Source of the DNA: a virus
Length of the DNA: 64,000 nucleotides
IMG/VR virus record: IMGVR_UViG_3300010399_000005
Span: 17,642 to 81,641 of that record
Strand: one strand, 5' to 3'
Shown: piece after piece, positions 38,151 through 47,411 of the stretch
Position numbering within the stretch: position 1 is the stretch's first letter
Layout of the letters: each line of letters starts with the position of its first letter
Notes under the pieces: generated by a model
Database searches by the model: none
Told to the model about the DNA's origin: nothing
The model's input: only the letters and a program-made list of their open reading frames with translations
Position numbers and translations under genes: made by a program

Positions 38151-39694
38151 CTGTCCGGTCCTCGCTCTCTGAGCAGTGATTCTAGCAGAGCAACCTCTTC
38201 GGTGGATGCCTCCGATGGTTGACCTAGGTTTGTGAGTATGCGTGCGGCCGGCAGGTTCGCGTCCATGATATCACCCTCCCAGTACGCCATGAGCAGCGCG
38301 TCGGCGTGGTCCGGGCTTCGACCCAGGCGCGCGTGCACGAGGTCCTTGGGTTCGATCTTCACACGACCCTGCGAGTCGATGATCTCATAGTGCGACTCGG
38401 TCAACTCGACGATGGTGTCATCATCCACCTCGGTGAGATCCCAGTGCTTCAACCGCGAGAGCTCACGACCGTGCCAGTGAAGCTCAGCACGCTTATTGAG
38501 AAACCTCTTCACGTTCCTCGTCGTCGGACGCTCGGCCGCGTTGAAGGGTACGACGACTGCACTGTGCGTCGTGTCCGATGACGTGGGCTCGTGAAAGCGT
38601 GAGAGCTCCTTCAGACGACCACACACTCCCCAGCCCAGACCGATCACATCGACGACGACACGCTCGATCTCCCACTCCTCGAGTCGAGCCGCGATCTCAC
38701 CGACCTGCTTCATCGGGTCGCTCTCATTCCACGTAAGCTCACGACCTGCGTGTTGACCAATGCGCTCACGCAACACCGTCAGATCTCCACCGCCGCCGAC
38801 GTCCAGCCCAGCACAGCGCGCACCAGCTGCTGGAAGCTCGACGTACCGACACGCCGTAGCCCAGGAGAAGGGGATGACGCCCGAGTCCGCGTCGGTGGGG
38901 AACCGACCGCCGACCTTCGAGACGTAGAGAGCGGATCCCGTGCCCCACGTCTTACGCTTCTCCTCGACCCAGACCGGTGACACCAGCGAGTCGGCCACGT
39001 GAGGCTTCACAGGTTCACCCGTGAAGTTCGGAGTGTGACTCGCCGAGATGTGTATGGTGTTCCAGCCCGAACCTGGACGACACACTCGAGCGAACTCGCC
39101 GTGTGGGTTGTCGGGGTTTCCGATGGCGAGGATCCGTGAGTGCTCGTTCGCGGTCAGTGTCGATGCGGCGTCCCAGAGAGACTTCTTAATGCCGCACGCC
39201 TCATCAAGCACCACGAGGACGAACCTCGAGTGGATGCCCTGGAACGCTTCCTCATCATAATCCGCCGGCTTCCGGCCTAGGGCGATGAGCTCGTTCCCGA
39301 CGTACCACTCGGTTAGGTTCATGCGCCCAGCGAGCTGGCCACGAGCGTGGAGGCGGTTCATCTCACGCCAGAGGATCGCCCGCACCTGTGTGTTGGTCGG
39401 AGCGGTGGTGACGACGAACGCCTCACCGATCGGTCGGGTCCCGATCCACCAGACGGCGGTGGCTGCTGCCGTGAGGCTCTTTCCACTCTCGTGACAGCTG
39501 TGAACGGAGGTCAGACGTTCGTCACGGACCGACTCGATGATATCACGTTGCTTCGACCAGAGCTGGATGTCGAGCTTCTCATCGCACCAGCGCACAGGAT
39601 CCCGACGGTACACGAGGTCAGGTGGCTGCAGCATGTCGAGCGCAGCGAGGAACCCATCTCTTACTAGGTCCTCATCGTCGATGTAGCCACTCAC
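38147..39694 (-). CDS. terL: Terminase large subunit
   Basis: Walker A-like SCHESGKS, TTAPT..QV, Walker B VVLDEACG, IGNP, GLDVG nuclease Asp, SPDHADA. Confidence 0.93.
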   Translation of the reverse strand: MSGYIDDEDLVRDGFLAALDMLQPPDLVYRRDPVRWCDEKLDIQLWSKQRDIIESVRDERLTSVHSCHESGKSLTAAATAVWWIGTRPIGEAFVVTTAPTNTQVRAILWREMNRLHARGQLAGRMNLTEWYVGNELIALGRKPADYDEEAFQGIHSRFVLVVLDEACGIKKSLWDAASTLTANEHSRILAIGNPDNPHGEFARVCRPGSGWNTIHISASHTPNFTGEPVKPHVADSLVSPVWVEEKRKTWGTGSALYVSKVGGRFPTDADSGVIPFSWATACRYVELPAAGARCAGLDVGGGGDLTVLRERIGQHAGRELTWNESDPMKQVGEIAARLEEWEIERVVVDVIGLGWGVCGRLKELSRFHEPTSSDTTHSAVVVPFNAAERPTTRNVKRFLNKRAELHWHGRELSRLKHWDLTEVDDDTIVELTESHYEIIDSQGRVKIEPKDLVHARLGRSPDHADALLMAYWEGDIMDANLPAARILTNLGQPSEASTEEVALLESLLRERGPDR

Positions 39695-39719
39695 ATGACT
39701 TAGTCTACCGTAGGATCTT

Positions 39720-39992
39720 TCACCACTTCAGTCGTGAGTGACTAAGTCTAGCCTGCACCCGAAGCCTTCGTCGTTCGCGCCGTCCTGTGCCACCCCAGAC
39801 CCCGAAGTCCGTGGACATCGAGTAGGTCAGAGCATACTCGAGACACTCAAGTCGCACAGGACACCTAGAGCAGATCTCTTTCGCGGGTTCCGAGTCCTTC
39901 TCAAGATCCGGAAAGAAAAGACTTGGGTCCATGTCACGACACGCTGCCTCAAGACGCCACGTCTGTGTAGCAATCTCGGCGAGAAAGCTCAC
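39720..39992 (-). CDS. whiB: WhiB-family transcription factor
   Basis: W...AAC, LFFP, C..CPV..EC, GVWGG and a basic tail. Confidence 0.95.
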   Translation of the reverse strand: MSFLAEIATQTWRLEAACRDMDPSLFFPDLEKDSEPAKEICSRCPVRLECLEYALTYSMSTDFGVWGGTGRRERRRLRVQARLSHSRLKW

Positions 39993-40594
39993 GGGTTCTC
40001 AAAGCACAGCACACGCGCGTAGTCGATGTCGACCGCGGGCATGCGGATCAGTTCACGGTAGAGCTCGTGGTTCCACGCTGCCCCGGCGTCGGCACGGTGA
40101 GCATGAGTGTCCTTGAACTGGTCGAACCCGGGAAGCGAGTTCTCGTGAGGAAGCACTTCCTCGGGATCCAGCCCAACCAGCCACGCACGGTCCGCGAGGT
40201 CGATGCAGCGCATCGGCCAGCCGTCCGGTCGCTCGGTCAGCGGGCCGTAGATCTGGCTCAGCAGCACCCAGTCGTAGTGATCATAGTACGCGTAGAAGGT
40301 CGGCTCCTCGCCGACGAAAGCGACGATCTCGCTGGCGATCTGTGCGCGTGGTGTCGTCACCTCGAGCCAGCGCTTGTGAGCGAGGTCGACGTCCTCGATC
40401 TTCATCGCATCGATCCACGAGTCGGTGTACACGATGACGTGATCATGCACCCAGTCACTGGCTTGCGATAGGTTCGCCTCACGAGGCTCGGCATAGTACC
40501 GCGCACCGTCATCGCGCTCCAGACCGATCGACACTAGGATGAGCTCACTCCCGGTGTCAATGAACTCCGTGTCCAGAAATATCTTATGTCCCAT
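39989..40594 (-). CDS. 3'-5' exoribonuclease (DEDD, Rv2179c/RNase AS-like)
   Basis: FLDTEF, LVSIG, YYDHYDWV, P...IDL, H.A..GA.W motifs. Confidence 0.82.
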   Translation of the reverse strand: MGHKIFLDTEFIDTGSELILVSIGLERDDGARYYAEPREANLSQASDWVHDHVIVYTDSWIDAMKIEDVDLAHKRWLEVTTPRAQIASEIVAFVGEEPTFYAYYDHYDWVLLSQIYGPLTERPDGWPMRCIDLADRAWLVGLDPEEVLPHENSLPGFDQFKDTHAHRADAGAAWNHELYRELIRMPAVDIDYARVLCFENP

Positions 40595-40616
40595 TCCTTC
40601 TCATCTCCTTGGTGTG

Positions 40617-40808
40617 TAGTGGGCGTCGACGGACTCGAACCGCCGAAACATTCGTCTGGCTCAGTCTCCCCGCTACCCTCGTCCTCCATGGCGGACGTTC
40701 GACATACTCGCATCAACTCGGCATAGCCCACCGAGCGCTTTCGTCTAGGACGGTTGAACAGCCTATGCCACCAGACTGCTCTCGGTCTTCCCTACCTCCG
40801 AGACGCCC
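40617..40808 (-). ncRNA. 192-nt tRNA/tmRNA-shaped RNA
   Basis: Perfect 7-bp acceptor stem GGGCGTC/GACGCCC plus ACTA; T-arm GGCGG-TTCGAGT-CCGTC; helix GTCTGG/CCAGAC enclosing an internal domain of about 115 nt; fills the intergenic gap. Confidence 0.7.
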
Positions 40809-40814
40809 TTGAAC

Positions 40815-41225
40815 TCAACCCGTGAACGACGGCTGCGCCGTGACCGCCTGGACGACGAACCGCGTCGGAGCCTGGACCTGCGGCGGAGCCGTCTCATCGG
40901 GCACCGTGAAGTTGTTCACCGTGACATTGCGCTCGACGGTCCGCTCGATCACGTTCGGCTGCGGCGCCGGCTGCGGCACCGGCACGACCGAGATAACAGG
41001 CACGACGACGGTGGCGACCGGAGCGGTCGTGGTTGGAGCAGGCGCCGTGGTAGTCGTCGTCGTGGAGGTGCACGTCGTACGAACGGGGAGACACCGAAGA
41101 CACGGCACCGGACCAATGAGGTCGGTCTGGACGAGCTCGGTCGGCTCGGCGAACGCCGCACTTCCCACACCAATGGTGAGAGCAGCGGCCGCGATGACAA
41201 AGAGAAGAAGCTTGCGAGGATTCAC
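40815..41225 (-). CDS. Secreted Pro/Thr-rich protein
   Basis: AAAAGGA RBS; signal peptide ending AFA; poly-Thr/Pro linker; C-terminal PSFTG. Confidence 0.65.
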   Translation of the reverse strand: MNPRKLLLFVIAAAALTIGVGSAAFAEPTELVQTDLIGPVPCLRCLPVRTTCTSTTTTTTAPAPTTTAPVATVVVPVISVVPVPQPAPQPNVIERTVERNVTVNNFTVPDETAPPQVQAPTRFVVQAVTAQPSFTG

Positions 41226-41264
41226 TTGGGTCCTTTTGACTAGGTCTGTGGTGACCGGTTGAAT

Positions 41265-41621
41265 CTAGTCGGTCGGTAGCGCCGAACGAACGAAACAGTC
41301 CTTCGCCTCCAGCAACTTACGAAGACCCGCGGTGAGCTCAGGCCCGTCTTCACAGGTAGACATCATGATGTCGGCGAACTCAGCGGCCTCCTCCGCGATG
41401 TCGAACAGCGGCAGCGGAAGGTTCGTGTTGGGTTCGAGAAACCGCAGCACGTGAAGCACCGCGGAGTGACGACCGGCATACTTCTCGGTCAGCTTAGGCA
41501 TGTGCTTACTCATTTCAGTCGTGGGAGCTGGAAAGTCGATGGGATCGGTACACCCACACGTCGTACACCGTGTCTTACCCAGCGGCGTGTGGGTGTGACC
41601 GAGACAGCAGCAGTTCCTCAC
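41265..41621 (-). CDS. Small helical protein with GPELTAGLRKLLEAKDCFVR motif
   Basis: Motif recurrent in phage small proteins; N-terminal Cys/His cluster. Confidence 0.6.
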   Translation of the reverse strand: MRNCCCLGHTHTPLGKTRCTTCGCTDPIDFPAPTTEMSKHMPKLTEKYAGRHSAVLHVLRFLEPNTNLPLPLFDIAEEAAEFADIMMSTCEDGPELTAGLRKLLEAKDCFVRSALPTD

Positions 41622-41628
41622 GTCGACA

Positions 41629-41832
41629 CTAAGCTCGACTCAGACAGATGGGACACCACCACTTACCATCTGGGTATCTCTCCCACCCGCAGACCTCGGC
41701 AACCTGCGACACAAGTTGCTTTACGTCAACCTGACCGTTGCCGATCGCATCGTGATGAAGGTGTACGGTGATCGACACCTCGTGTGGTCCACTACACAGG
41801 ACCTCAGCCTCCTCACGATGGATGATCGACAT
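41629..41832 (-). CDS. Small Zn-finger-like protein
   Basis: Coupled to the DUF397 gene; ends GW...WWCPIC. Confidence 0.5.
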   Translation of the reverse strand: MSIIHREEAEVLCSGPHEVSITVHLHHDAIGNGQVDVKQLVSQVAEVCGWERYPDGKWWCPICLSRA

Positions 41833-42050
41833 CAGTCGAACTCGCCGGCCTTCACACCCGCGACGAACGCCGTGACCTCGGCCCGGTTGAAGCGCAGTCG
41901 AGGCCCATCGGGATCCTTGCTGTCGCGCATCAGCCAGCCGTCATCGGCCTCGGCGACCTCGATGCAGGTGCCACCGCTGCCCGAGAAGGAAGACTTCTTC
42001 CAGACCTCGACACAACCGGCATCACCACTGAAGCTACTCTTCTGCCACAT
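41832..42050 (-). CDS. DUF397 protein
   Basis: WxKSSFS...CVEV (tandemly duplicated), RDSKDPDGP.L.F...E..AFV.GVKAGEFD. Confidence 0.92.
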   Translation of the reverse strand: MWQKSSFSGDAGCVEVWKKSSFSGSGGTCIEVAEADDGWLMRDSKDPDGPRLRFNRAEVTAFVAGVKAGEFD

Positions 42051-42068
42051 ACTTACGGTAACCCTTTC

Positions 42069-42395
42069 CTAGTTGAACGATCTTACGCTTCGCGACGCCA
42101 CCTCGAATTCTCGAACGTGTGTCACGATGGTCTTCTTCATGTGAAAGAACCAGGCGGCGAAGCCAAAGTTCTTCACAACGTCCTCATCGGGCTGATCATA
42201 CGTCGTGTACTCCTCAGCGACGAGAACTCTTCCCTTAGGAAGAACGTTGAGAACCTTAACGGGATACCAGCCTCGCACTCGCGGAACAGCGTGACTGATG
42301 CACTGTCCATTGAGTCGTCCGGGAATCGAGCGAACCGCACGTGTCATGTACGGTATGAGCACTCGATCACCGACGTTGATGTCCGCGACCCTCAT
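42069..42395 (-). CDS. Hypothetical protein (SH3-like pattern)
   Basis: MRVADINVGDRV start; ATGA overlap with the upstream gene. Confidence 0.5.
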   Translation of the reverse strand: MRVADINVGDRVLIPYMTRAVRSIPGRLNGQCISHAVPRVRGWYPVKVLNVLPKGRVLVAEEYTTYDQPDEDVVKNFGFAAWFFHMKKTIVTHVREFEVASRSVRSFN

Positions 42396-42766
42396 TCGTC
42401 ATTCCCGAGCTTACGGATCGAGATGTCCGGAGGTGGATCACCTCGATAGGCGCACCGACGCCTGGGAGCGTCGGTGCCCAGCAGGCGAGCTCGAGCCTCA
42501 GCCGAGAGCTCAGGCTGCTCCGCTGGACCGACGAGAACGAGCTCCCTCTTAACGACGAGACCGAGCCTCGCGACTCCTGTGACCCAGCCGTGTAGCCACG
42601 TCATGATGAGTAGTCCCACTGTGAACGCCACGTAACCACGATCCTCACTGAAGAACAACCGCGACAGTACATAAGTGAGAAGCACTATAAGTGTAAACGC
42701 ACACACGATCCACCAGGCGGCAAGCCCATACACCGTCGCGGGTCGTGGCAGCTTCACGTGCATCAT
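42392..42766 (-). CDS. Membrane protein
   Basis: Two hydrophobic helices; overlapping start/stop with neighbours. Confidence 0.55.
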   Translation of the reverse strand: MMHVKLPRPATVYGLAAWWIVCAFTLIVLLTYVLSRLFFSEDRGYVAFTVGLLIMTWLHGWVTGVARLGLVVKRELVLVGPAEQPELSAEARARLLGTDAPRRRCAYRGDPPPDISIRKLGNDE

Positions 42767-42963
42767 GCCGCGGCGCAGGAGTTGAGTCGCTCCACGAGTC
42801 GTTCGGCCTCGACCTCGGAGATGACCTCGTGGATGGGCACCTCGATGCGACCCACGACCTTACCCTCATCGTTGAGCTTCGTGCATCCCTCACGGATCAC
42901 GAAGATTTCCTTGTGGTGATCCCAGCCGGTGGAGTCCTGCTTGTAGGTGTAGGTGTTCATCAC
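42763..42963 (-). CDS. Small hypothetical protein
   Basis: Coupled chain of ORFs, GC3 bias. Confidence 0.55.
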   Translation of the reverse strand: MMNTYTYKQDSTGWDHHKEIFVIREGCTKLNDEGKVVGRIEVPIHEVISEVEAERLVERLNSCAAA

Positions 42964-43298
42964 GCTGCGGCCGGGACGAGCGACTCGGCCATGTGCACGA
43001 TCTCGAGCTCGGCCGTGAGCTCCTCATCCGGCAGGTCCAGGGCGCCGTGGATGCGCCGCGCCCGCAGGTAGAGCTTGGGCGACTGCAGCAGGTTGACCAG
43101 CCGCTTGTTCAGCAGGTGCACCCGCCACTCCAGCGTGTCGAACAGCTCGAGGTTTCCCGTGGGATCCTCGTTGTTGTAGTAGAGCCGGGTCTCGAGGTAG
43201 GACACGGTCTGGAGCGCCTCGAGTCGGGAACGGCGCTGGCGGTGAATGATCGTCCCCAAGACGAGCAACACGCAGACCTGCACCAGTGGGGTCAACAT
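42960..43298 (-). CDS. Hypothetical protein with N-terminal hydrophobic anchor
   Basis: GAGGAG RBS; GC3 bias. Confidence 0.55.
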   Translation of the reverse strand: MLTPLVQVCVLLVLGTIIHRQRRSRLEALQTVSYLETRLYYNNEDPTGNLELFDTLEWRVHLLNKRLVNLLQSPKLYLRARRIHGALDLPDEELTAELEIVHMAESLVPAAA

Positions 43299-43595
43299 CG
43301 TTCAGCTCCTCATGTTCAGTCGACGGTCAGTGTGACGTCGATCTCGTGTGAGAGTGTGTGCTGTGTCATCACCGCGCTCGAGGGAGGTCCCTCGCGTAGA
43401 CGTCCCGTCAAGCGCCGAAGTGTCCACACATCCATCGTCATAGTAACGAACTCGCAGTCCGAACTCACGTGTGCGTTGATGCCCACGCCCTCGAGCTCCT
43501 GCTGAAGAAGTCGATCTCGTATGAGTCTGCGTTCGGTCATCTCGCGATGATCGCGATCGCGACGATGACGAGAACCAGGAGTAACAGCAGCCACA

Positions 43596-43967
43596 TCAGA
43601 GTTCCTCGAACTTTCGTCGTAGGTCACCGTACTTGACCGTGAGCAAGGCATCTCGTCCGCACTTAATCTCGAGCGTGTCACCGGTGGCACCATCGATCGC
43701 CGTGAGAATGTCACGGGACAGCGCCAGAGAACCGGCCCGGAACCGAGACTGTGTCAGAGCTTCGACAGCCTGTGAGACACGTGCGATCACGGCGACACGA
43801 AAGACAGTGTCACGGTCGAAGCGCCGCTTGAACCCACTGCCTAGGTCCTGAAACCGCTCACTAAAGATTCCCGACCGGCACCAGTAGTCGAGCTGTCGGT
43901 AAGTCACACCGGTCAGGTCGACGACCTCGTCACTACTCCAGTGAGTCTGTGTCTCAGTTGTGCTCAC
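43596..43967 (-). CDS. MerR-type helix-turn-helix DNA-binding protein
   Basis: EVVDLTGVTYRQLDYWCRSG...GSG..RRF; GTG 43967 lies 7 nt after TAAGGT. Confidence 0.85.
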   Translation of the reverse strand: MSTTETQTHWSSDEVVDLTGVTYRQLDYWCRSGIFSERFQDLGSGFKRRFDRDTVFRVAVIARVSQAVEALTQSRFRAGSLALSRDILTAIDGATGDTLEIKCGRDALLTVKYGDLRRKFEEL

Positions 43968-44038
43968 CCGGCAGACCTTAACACAGTCGACGGAGAAGAG
44001 CAACGAATAGTGTGAAGAAGAACTCAGTTCACTCGAAC

Positions 44039-44269
44039 TTAGCCGCTGTCTTCTCCGATCTCACCCACCGCGCGTTCGGCACGGCTGGCCTGCCAGCTTC
44101 CGAAGTGCCCCACGAAGTTCGCCCAGACGCTCATCAGTGCGATCCACATGAGCGACTCGCGCAACCAGAGTACCGTGATGGGAATCAAGATCAACCAGAG
44201 GAGTGTCAGCACACCGTGAAAGTGAGCCCACGTCATAGGATCGTGGAACTTATCCCTCAGGTAGGGCAC
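44039..44269 (-). CDS. Small membrane protein
   Basis: Two hydrophobic helices; WI.LMSVWAN motif. Confidence 0.6.
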   Translation of the reverse strand: MPYLRDKFHDPMTWAHFHGVLTLLWLILIPITVLWLRESLMWIALMSVWANFVGHFGSWQASRAERAVGEIGEDSG

Positions 44270-44625
44270 GGTGGTTCGCGACGCTCGGGCGGAGTCGCGT
44301 TACACATGAGCTTGATGAAGGGAGCGGTGCGTCGGTTGGACTCCTGCAGCGAGCGCTCGTAGCACCCACCACCAGGAGTGGTGCAGTCCTCGATGGTGTG
44401 CACCACATCGGAGTTCGCGTGCGACACGATCATCTGCACACCGATGAGACCGAAGAGTGCGGTGGCCACGAGTACGATGACCGCGAGAAACCAGCGCACG
44501 CGAGTGCGGTAGTGACTGAACTCATCACGCAGCGAGATGAGGGACTCGTTCAGTGTGGTGAAGGAGGCGGCCAACTTCTTAAAGTCGTCACCGTTCACGG
44601 GCTGATCATTATGAATCACTGACAC
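44257..44625 (-). CDS. Membrane protein (lysis-cassette type)
   Basis: Single TM helix followed by IEDCTTPGGGCY. Confidence 0.6.
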   Translation of the reverse strand: MSVIHNDQPVNGDDFKKLAASFTTLNESLISLRDEFSHYRTRVRWFLAVIVLVATALFGLIGVQMIVSHANSDVVHTIEDCTTPGGGCYERSLQESNRRTAPFIKLMCNATPPERREPPCPT

Positions 44626-44782
44626 GAGGAAACCTCCTTGAGATGTCGTCCAGCTCCTTCACAAGATTCTGGAGGTCGACCGTCAGCGCGTCCACTCGGG
44701 TGATGACCTTCTCAACGTGATCCTCCCGATATGATCTGTCTTCCTCGAGCTGCTCATGCTCCCGGTGCCACGGCCAGTGCAT
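44609..44782 (-). CDS. Small lysis-cassette protein
   Basis: MHWPWHR start followed by a coiled coil; coupled to the holin-like gene. Confidence 0.5.
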   Translation of the reverse strand: MHWPWHREHEQLEEDRSYREDHVEKVITRVDALTVDLQNLVKELDDISRRFPRVSDS

Positions 44783-44789
44783 GAGGCCG

Positions 44790-45161
44790 TCACCCCGTCC
44801 GCTCACGCCACTCGATGATGCGTTCCATCAGGGACTGCAAGCGAGCGAGTGCGGACAACACCTCACCCTGTCCCTCGGACACTTGGTTCAACGCAGGAGC
44901 CATGGTCCTCTGTACCTCCGCTACGAGAGGGACGATGTCTGAGATCATGCGAGCTGCCAGCTCATCACGCTGCGCTTCAGCGTGGTCGGCCCGGGCGTTC
45001 GCACGGTCCAGCTCGGCCTTCGTCACCAGACGACTGGTGAGCAGTAGCGCCGTGAAGATTCCAAGTGGTCCGTACGTCAGGAGTGGTCCGTAGGGGTCGG
45101 GCACTGCTTGCCCGAGCAACAGTGTGGCTTCGCCGAAGGCGAAAGCTACGACAAACCTCAA
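44790..45161 (-). CDS. Holin-like membrane protein
   Basis: LLTYGPLGI...RLV...E pattern with a TM segment followed by a coiled coil. Confidence 0.55.
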   Translation of the reverse strand: MRFVVAFAFGEATLLLGQAVPDPYGPLLTYGPLGIFTALLLTSRLVTKAELDRANARADHAEAQRDELAARMISDIVPLVAEVQRTMAPALNQVSEGQGEVLSALARLQSLMERIIEWRERTG

Positions 45162-45209
45162 CGTGACCTCGCTGTGATCCCATCGAGCGGGGACTGGACC
45201 CGATGAGAG

Positions 45210-45833
45210 TTACTCTACCACGGGCTTAGTCAAAGTCGCTGCTTCGGCCTCCATGAGCTGGGTGGTAGCCTCACGTTCACTCAGCTCGGCTCGTAGGTTA
45301 CCGATCGTCTTCTCGGTCTCGGTGAGTGCCGCCAGCGCCCTGGAGGTCGGCTCGGTACCCACCTTGCGCAGCAGATCGAACATCTCATGTGTGACGCCCG
45401 CGAACTGTACGAGAGCCGCGAGCTGAGCGTTCTTAGCCTCGGTCATGTTCGAGTTCACCAGGACGTGGATCTTCCGCGTCTGGTCCTGGATGCTGGTACC
45501 CTGGGCGTAGATCGCTGCGAGCTCAGCGGCGTTCGCGGCAGCGGCGGCAGCGGACTGCTCGGCGACGCGCTCATTCGCGGCGAGCAGAAGTTCAGCTGCA
45601 CGTGCTGCCTGCTCGGCGACCTCCACCGCACGACGAGCAGCGGCGTCAGCACGAGCCTCGGACGCGTCTTGACGAACCTCGAGAGCAGCGGCGACGTCAT
45701 CCTGCCGCTTATACTCATCGAGCTTCGAGCGGCGAGCCTGCTGCGCGTTCAACCAGGCAAGCAGAGACGGAGCGACGACCGACACCACGATCGCCACGAC
45801 GATGGTACCTGAGTCCACCTCGGCGAAGAGCAC
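45210..45833 (-). CDS. Membrane-anchored coiled-coil protein
   Basis: N-terminal TM helix; KIHVLVNSNMT motif; leaderless-type -10. Confidence 0.6.
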   Translation of the reverse strand: MLFAEVDSGTIVVAIVVSVVAPSLLAWLNAQQARRSKLDEYKRQDDVAAALEVRQDASEARADAAARRAVEVAEQAARAAELLLAANERVAEQSAAAAAANAAELAAIYAQGTSIQDQTRKIHVLVNSNMTEAKNAQLAALVQFAGVTHEMFDLLRKVGTEPTSRALAALTETEKTIGNLRAELSEREATTQLMEAEAATLTKPVVE

Positions 45834-45867
45834 GAGGCAGACGGTACCACAGTGAGGCTGTATATCT

Positions 45868-46083
45868 TCAGGTCACAGCTGGATCGACCGGAGTCGGCAG
45901 AGCCTGCACCGCAGCGACGCTGTCACGACGACGCTCATACTCGAGAGTGGTGCGCTTCACCCAGTCACGCACGACCTGGCGAGCGTTGGCGGCGTTCGCT
46001 GGTGCCACGCCCGCGGTGACGCACAGAGCCTCGATCACACGTGATACCTGTGCATCGTCGATCGTGATCGTCATGGTAGCCAT
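45868..46083 (-). CDS. Small hypothetical protein
   Basis: AAGGAG RBS 7 nt before the ATG. Confidence 0.6.
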   Translation of the reverse strand: MATMTITIDDAQVSRVIEALCVTAGVAPANAANARQVVRDWVKRTTLEYERRRDSVAAVQALPTPVDPAVT

Positions 46084-46287
46084 TTGGTTCTCCTTCGAAG
46101 TCGGACCAGAGGCGTTAGAGCGGCCGCTCAGCTCCCCCGAGTCTCTCTCGAGCCGGTCCGTCGAGCGGTCCTGTCCAGTCGATCACCCAGTCATGCTCGA
46201 ACCACCAGACAAGGTCGTCGATCGTGTCCATAACGACGACGTAAGCGAGGATGATACACCACGCACCGATCCACACCGAGAAGAACG

Positions 46288-46752
46288 TCACGTCGGCACC
46301 TGTGGGAGCTGTGGGTGGGGTGTGGAACCGTTGGTGGAGACCATCGTGCGCCGCAGCGCGTCCACCAGAGCCGTGCGCTGACCCTCATCGAGCCCGACCC
46401 GTGGATCATCCAGTGCCGCGCGCAGTGCGTCGAAGATGACGCGCCCCTGCAGCTCGGCCAGACCGACGTACCGCTCGGCCACACCTAGGCGAGCCGCGAT
46501 GTTGCAGACCTTGTCCAGGTGCTTACGCTCGGTGTCGTAGCGCAGCAGAAGCGGACCCTCGTGCATGACCCCGTGATCATCTTCTATGAAGAGTGAGTCG
46601 AACGAGGTCCGCTGGATCTGCTCACGCAGGTACTCCACGTGACCAAGTCGCCACTTCACCTCATCGATGAGAACTTTGTATGGGTTCACATCGATCTTCC
46701 GACCGTACGTCACCGCTGACTCGCGGAGTAGCTCTTGGTCGGTCAGGTTCAC
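46288..46752 (-). CDS. Terminase small subunit-like protein
   Basis: YG..IDVNP...GHV.YL...Y..ER.HL...GVAER.V.LAE pattern of actinophage TerS-like proteins. Confidence 0.55.
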   Translation of the reverse strand: MNLTDQELLRESAVTYGRKIDVNPYKVLIDEVKWRLGHVEYLREQIQRTSFDSLFIEDDHGVMHEGPLLLRYDTERKHLDKVCNIAARLGVAERYVGLAELQGRVIFDALRAALDDPRVGLDEGQRTALVDALRRTMVSTNGSTPHPQLPQVPT

Positions 46753-47099
46753 GAGCCGGATTGTAGCTCATCGTCGTCGAGACTGGCCACGAGCTGAGCG
46801 ATGGCCTCGCTTCGTTCGGTCACAGCATCCAGCACAGCACGCGGTGACGTGAAGCCGGGTCTCTTCCACGTCTCATCTTCATCGTGCTCCCAGCACAACT
46901 CACTGTCGGGAAGCGCGGGCATTCGACACTGCACACGACCCAGCCAGCGGGTCGCGGTGCAGCGAGTTCGTGCGGACGACCAGGGGATCGTCTCTTGTAG
47001 TTGCACGTTCAACCACCGCAGCTCGGCGTAGTGAGTCCAGAGCGTACGAAGCTCGTCGCCCTCGGGAAGTCGCCAACTGCGTGGGATCTTAGGTTTCAT
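46749..47099 (-). CDS. Cys/His (HGGxSTG-like) domain protein
   Basis: RCTAT...QC..PA....LCWEH; overlaps the TerS-like start. Confidence 0.45.
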   Translation of the reverse strand: MKPKIPRSWRLPEGDELRTLWTHYAELRWLNVQLQETIPWSSARTRCTATRWLGRVQCRMPALPDSELCWEHDEDETWKRPGFTSPRAVLDAVTERSEAIAQLVASLDDDELQSGS

Positions 47100-47411
47100 C
47101 TTGGCGAATGTCGTCTAAGGCCTCAGCGAGGGCGGCGGCGACGTGCGACTCATCAGCACAGACAGGGTCAAGGAGCCATAGACCTACATCATCGGTCCCG
47201 AGACGGACGCACACAGCTCCCACCGCCCAAGCATCACATCCGTCCTCATGCCCGCAGCGGAGCCTCTCGGCGGGCAGCGACCAGAGCCGTAGGTGAGGAT
47301 GGGCGGGATGACCTTCAGTGGATCCGAAAGTTACCACCGTTGACGCCGATCTCGTGTGACGCAGGTCATCGTTCGCCTGATGCTCTGACTAGCCCATCCT
47401 CAGAACTTTGA

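Noticed and set aside
40617-40808. Standard tmRNA (ssrA) or standard tRNA
   Set aside because: Too short for tmRNA, no G3-U70 pair, no recognisable tag peptide and no 7-nt anticodon loop; kept as an unclassified RNA.
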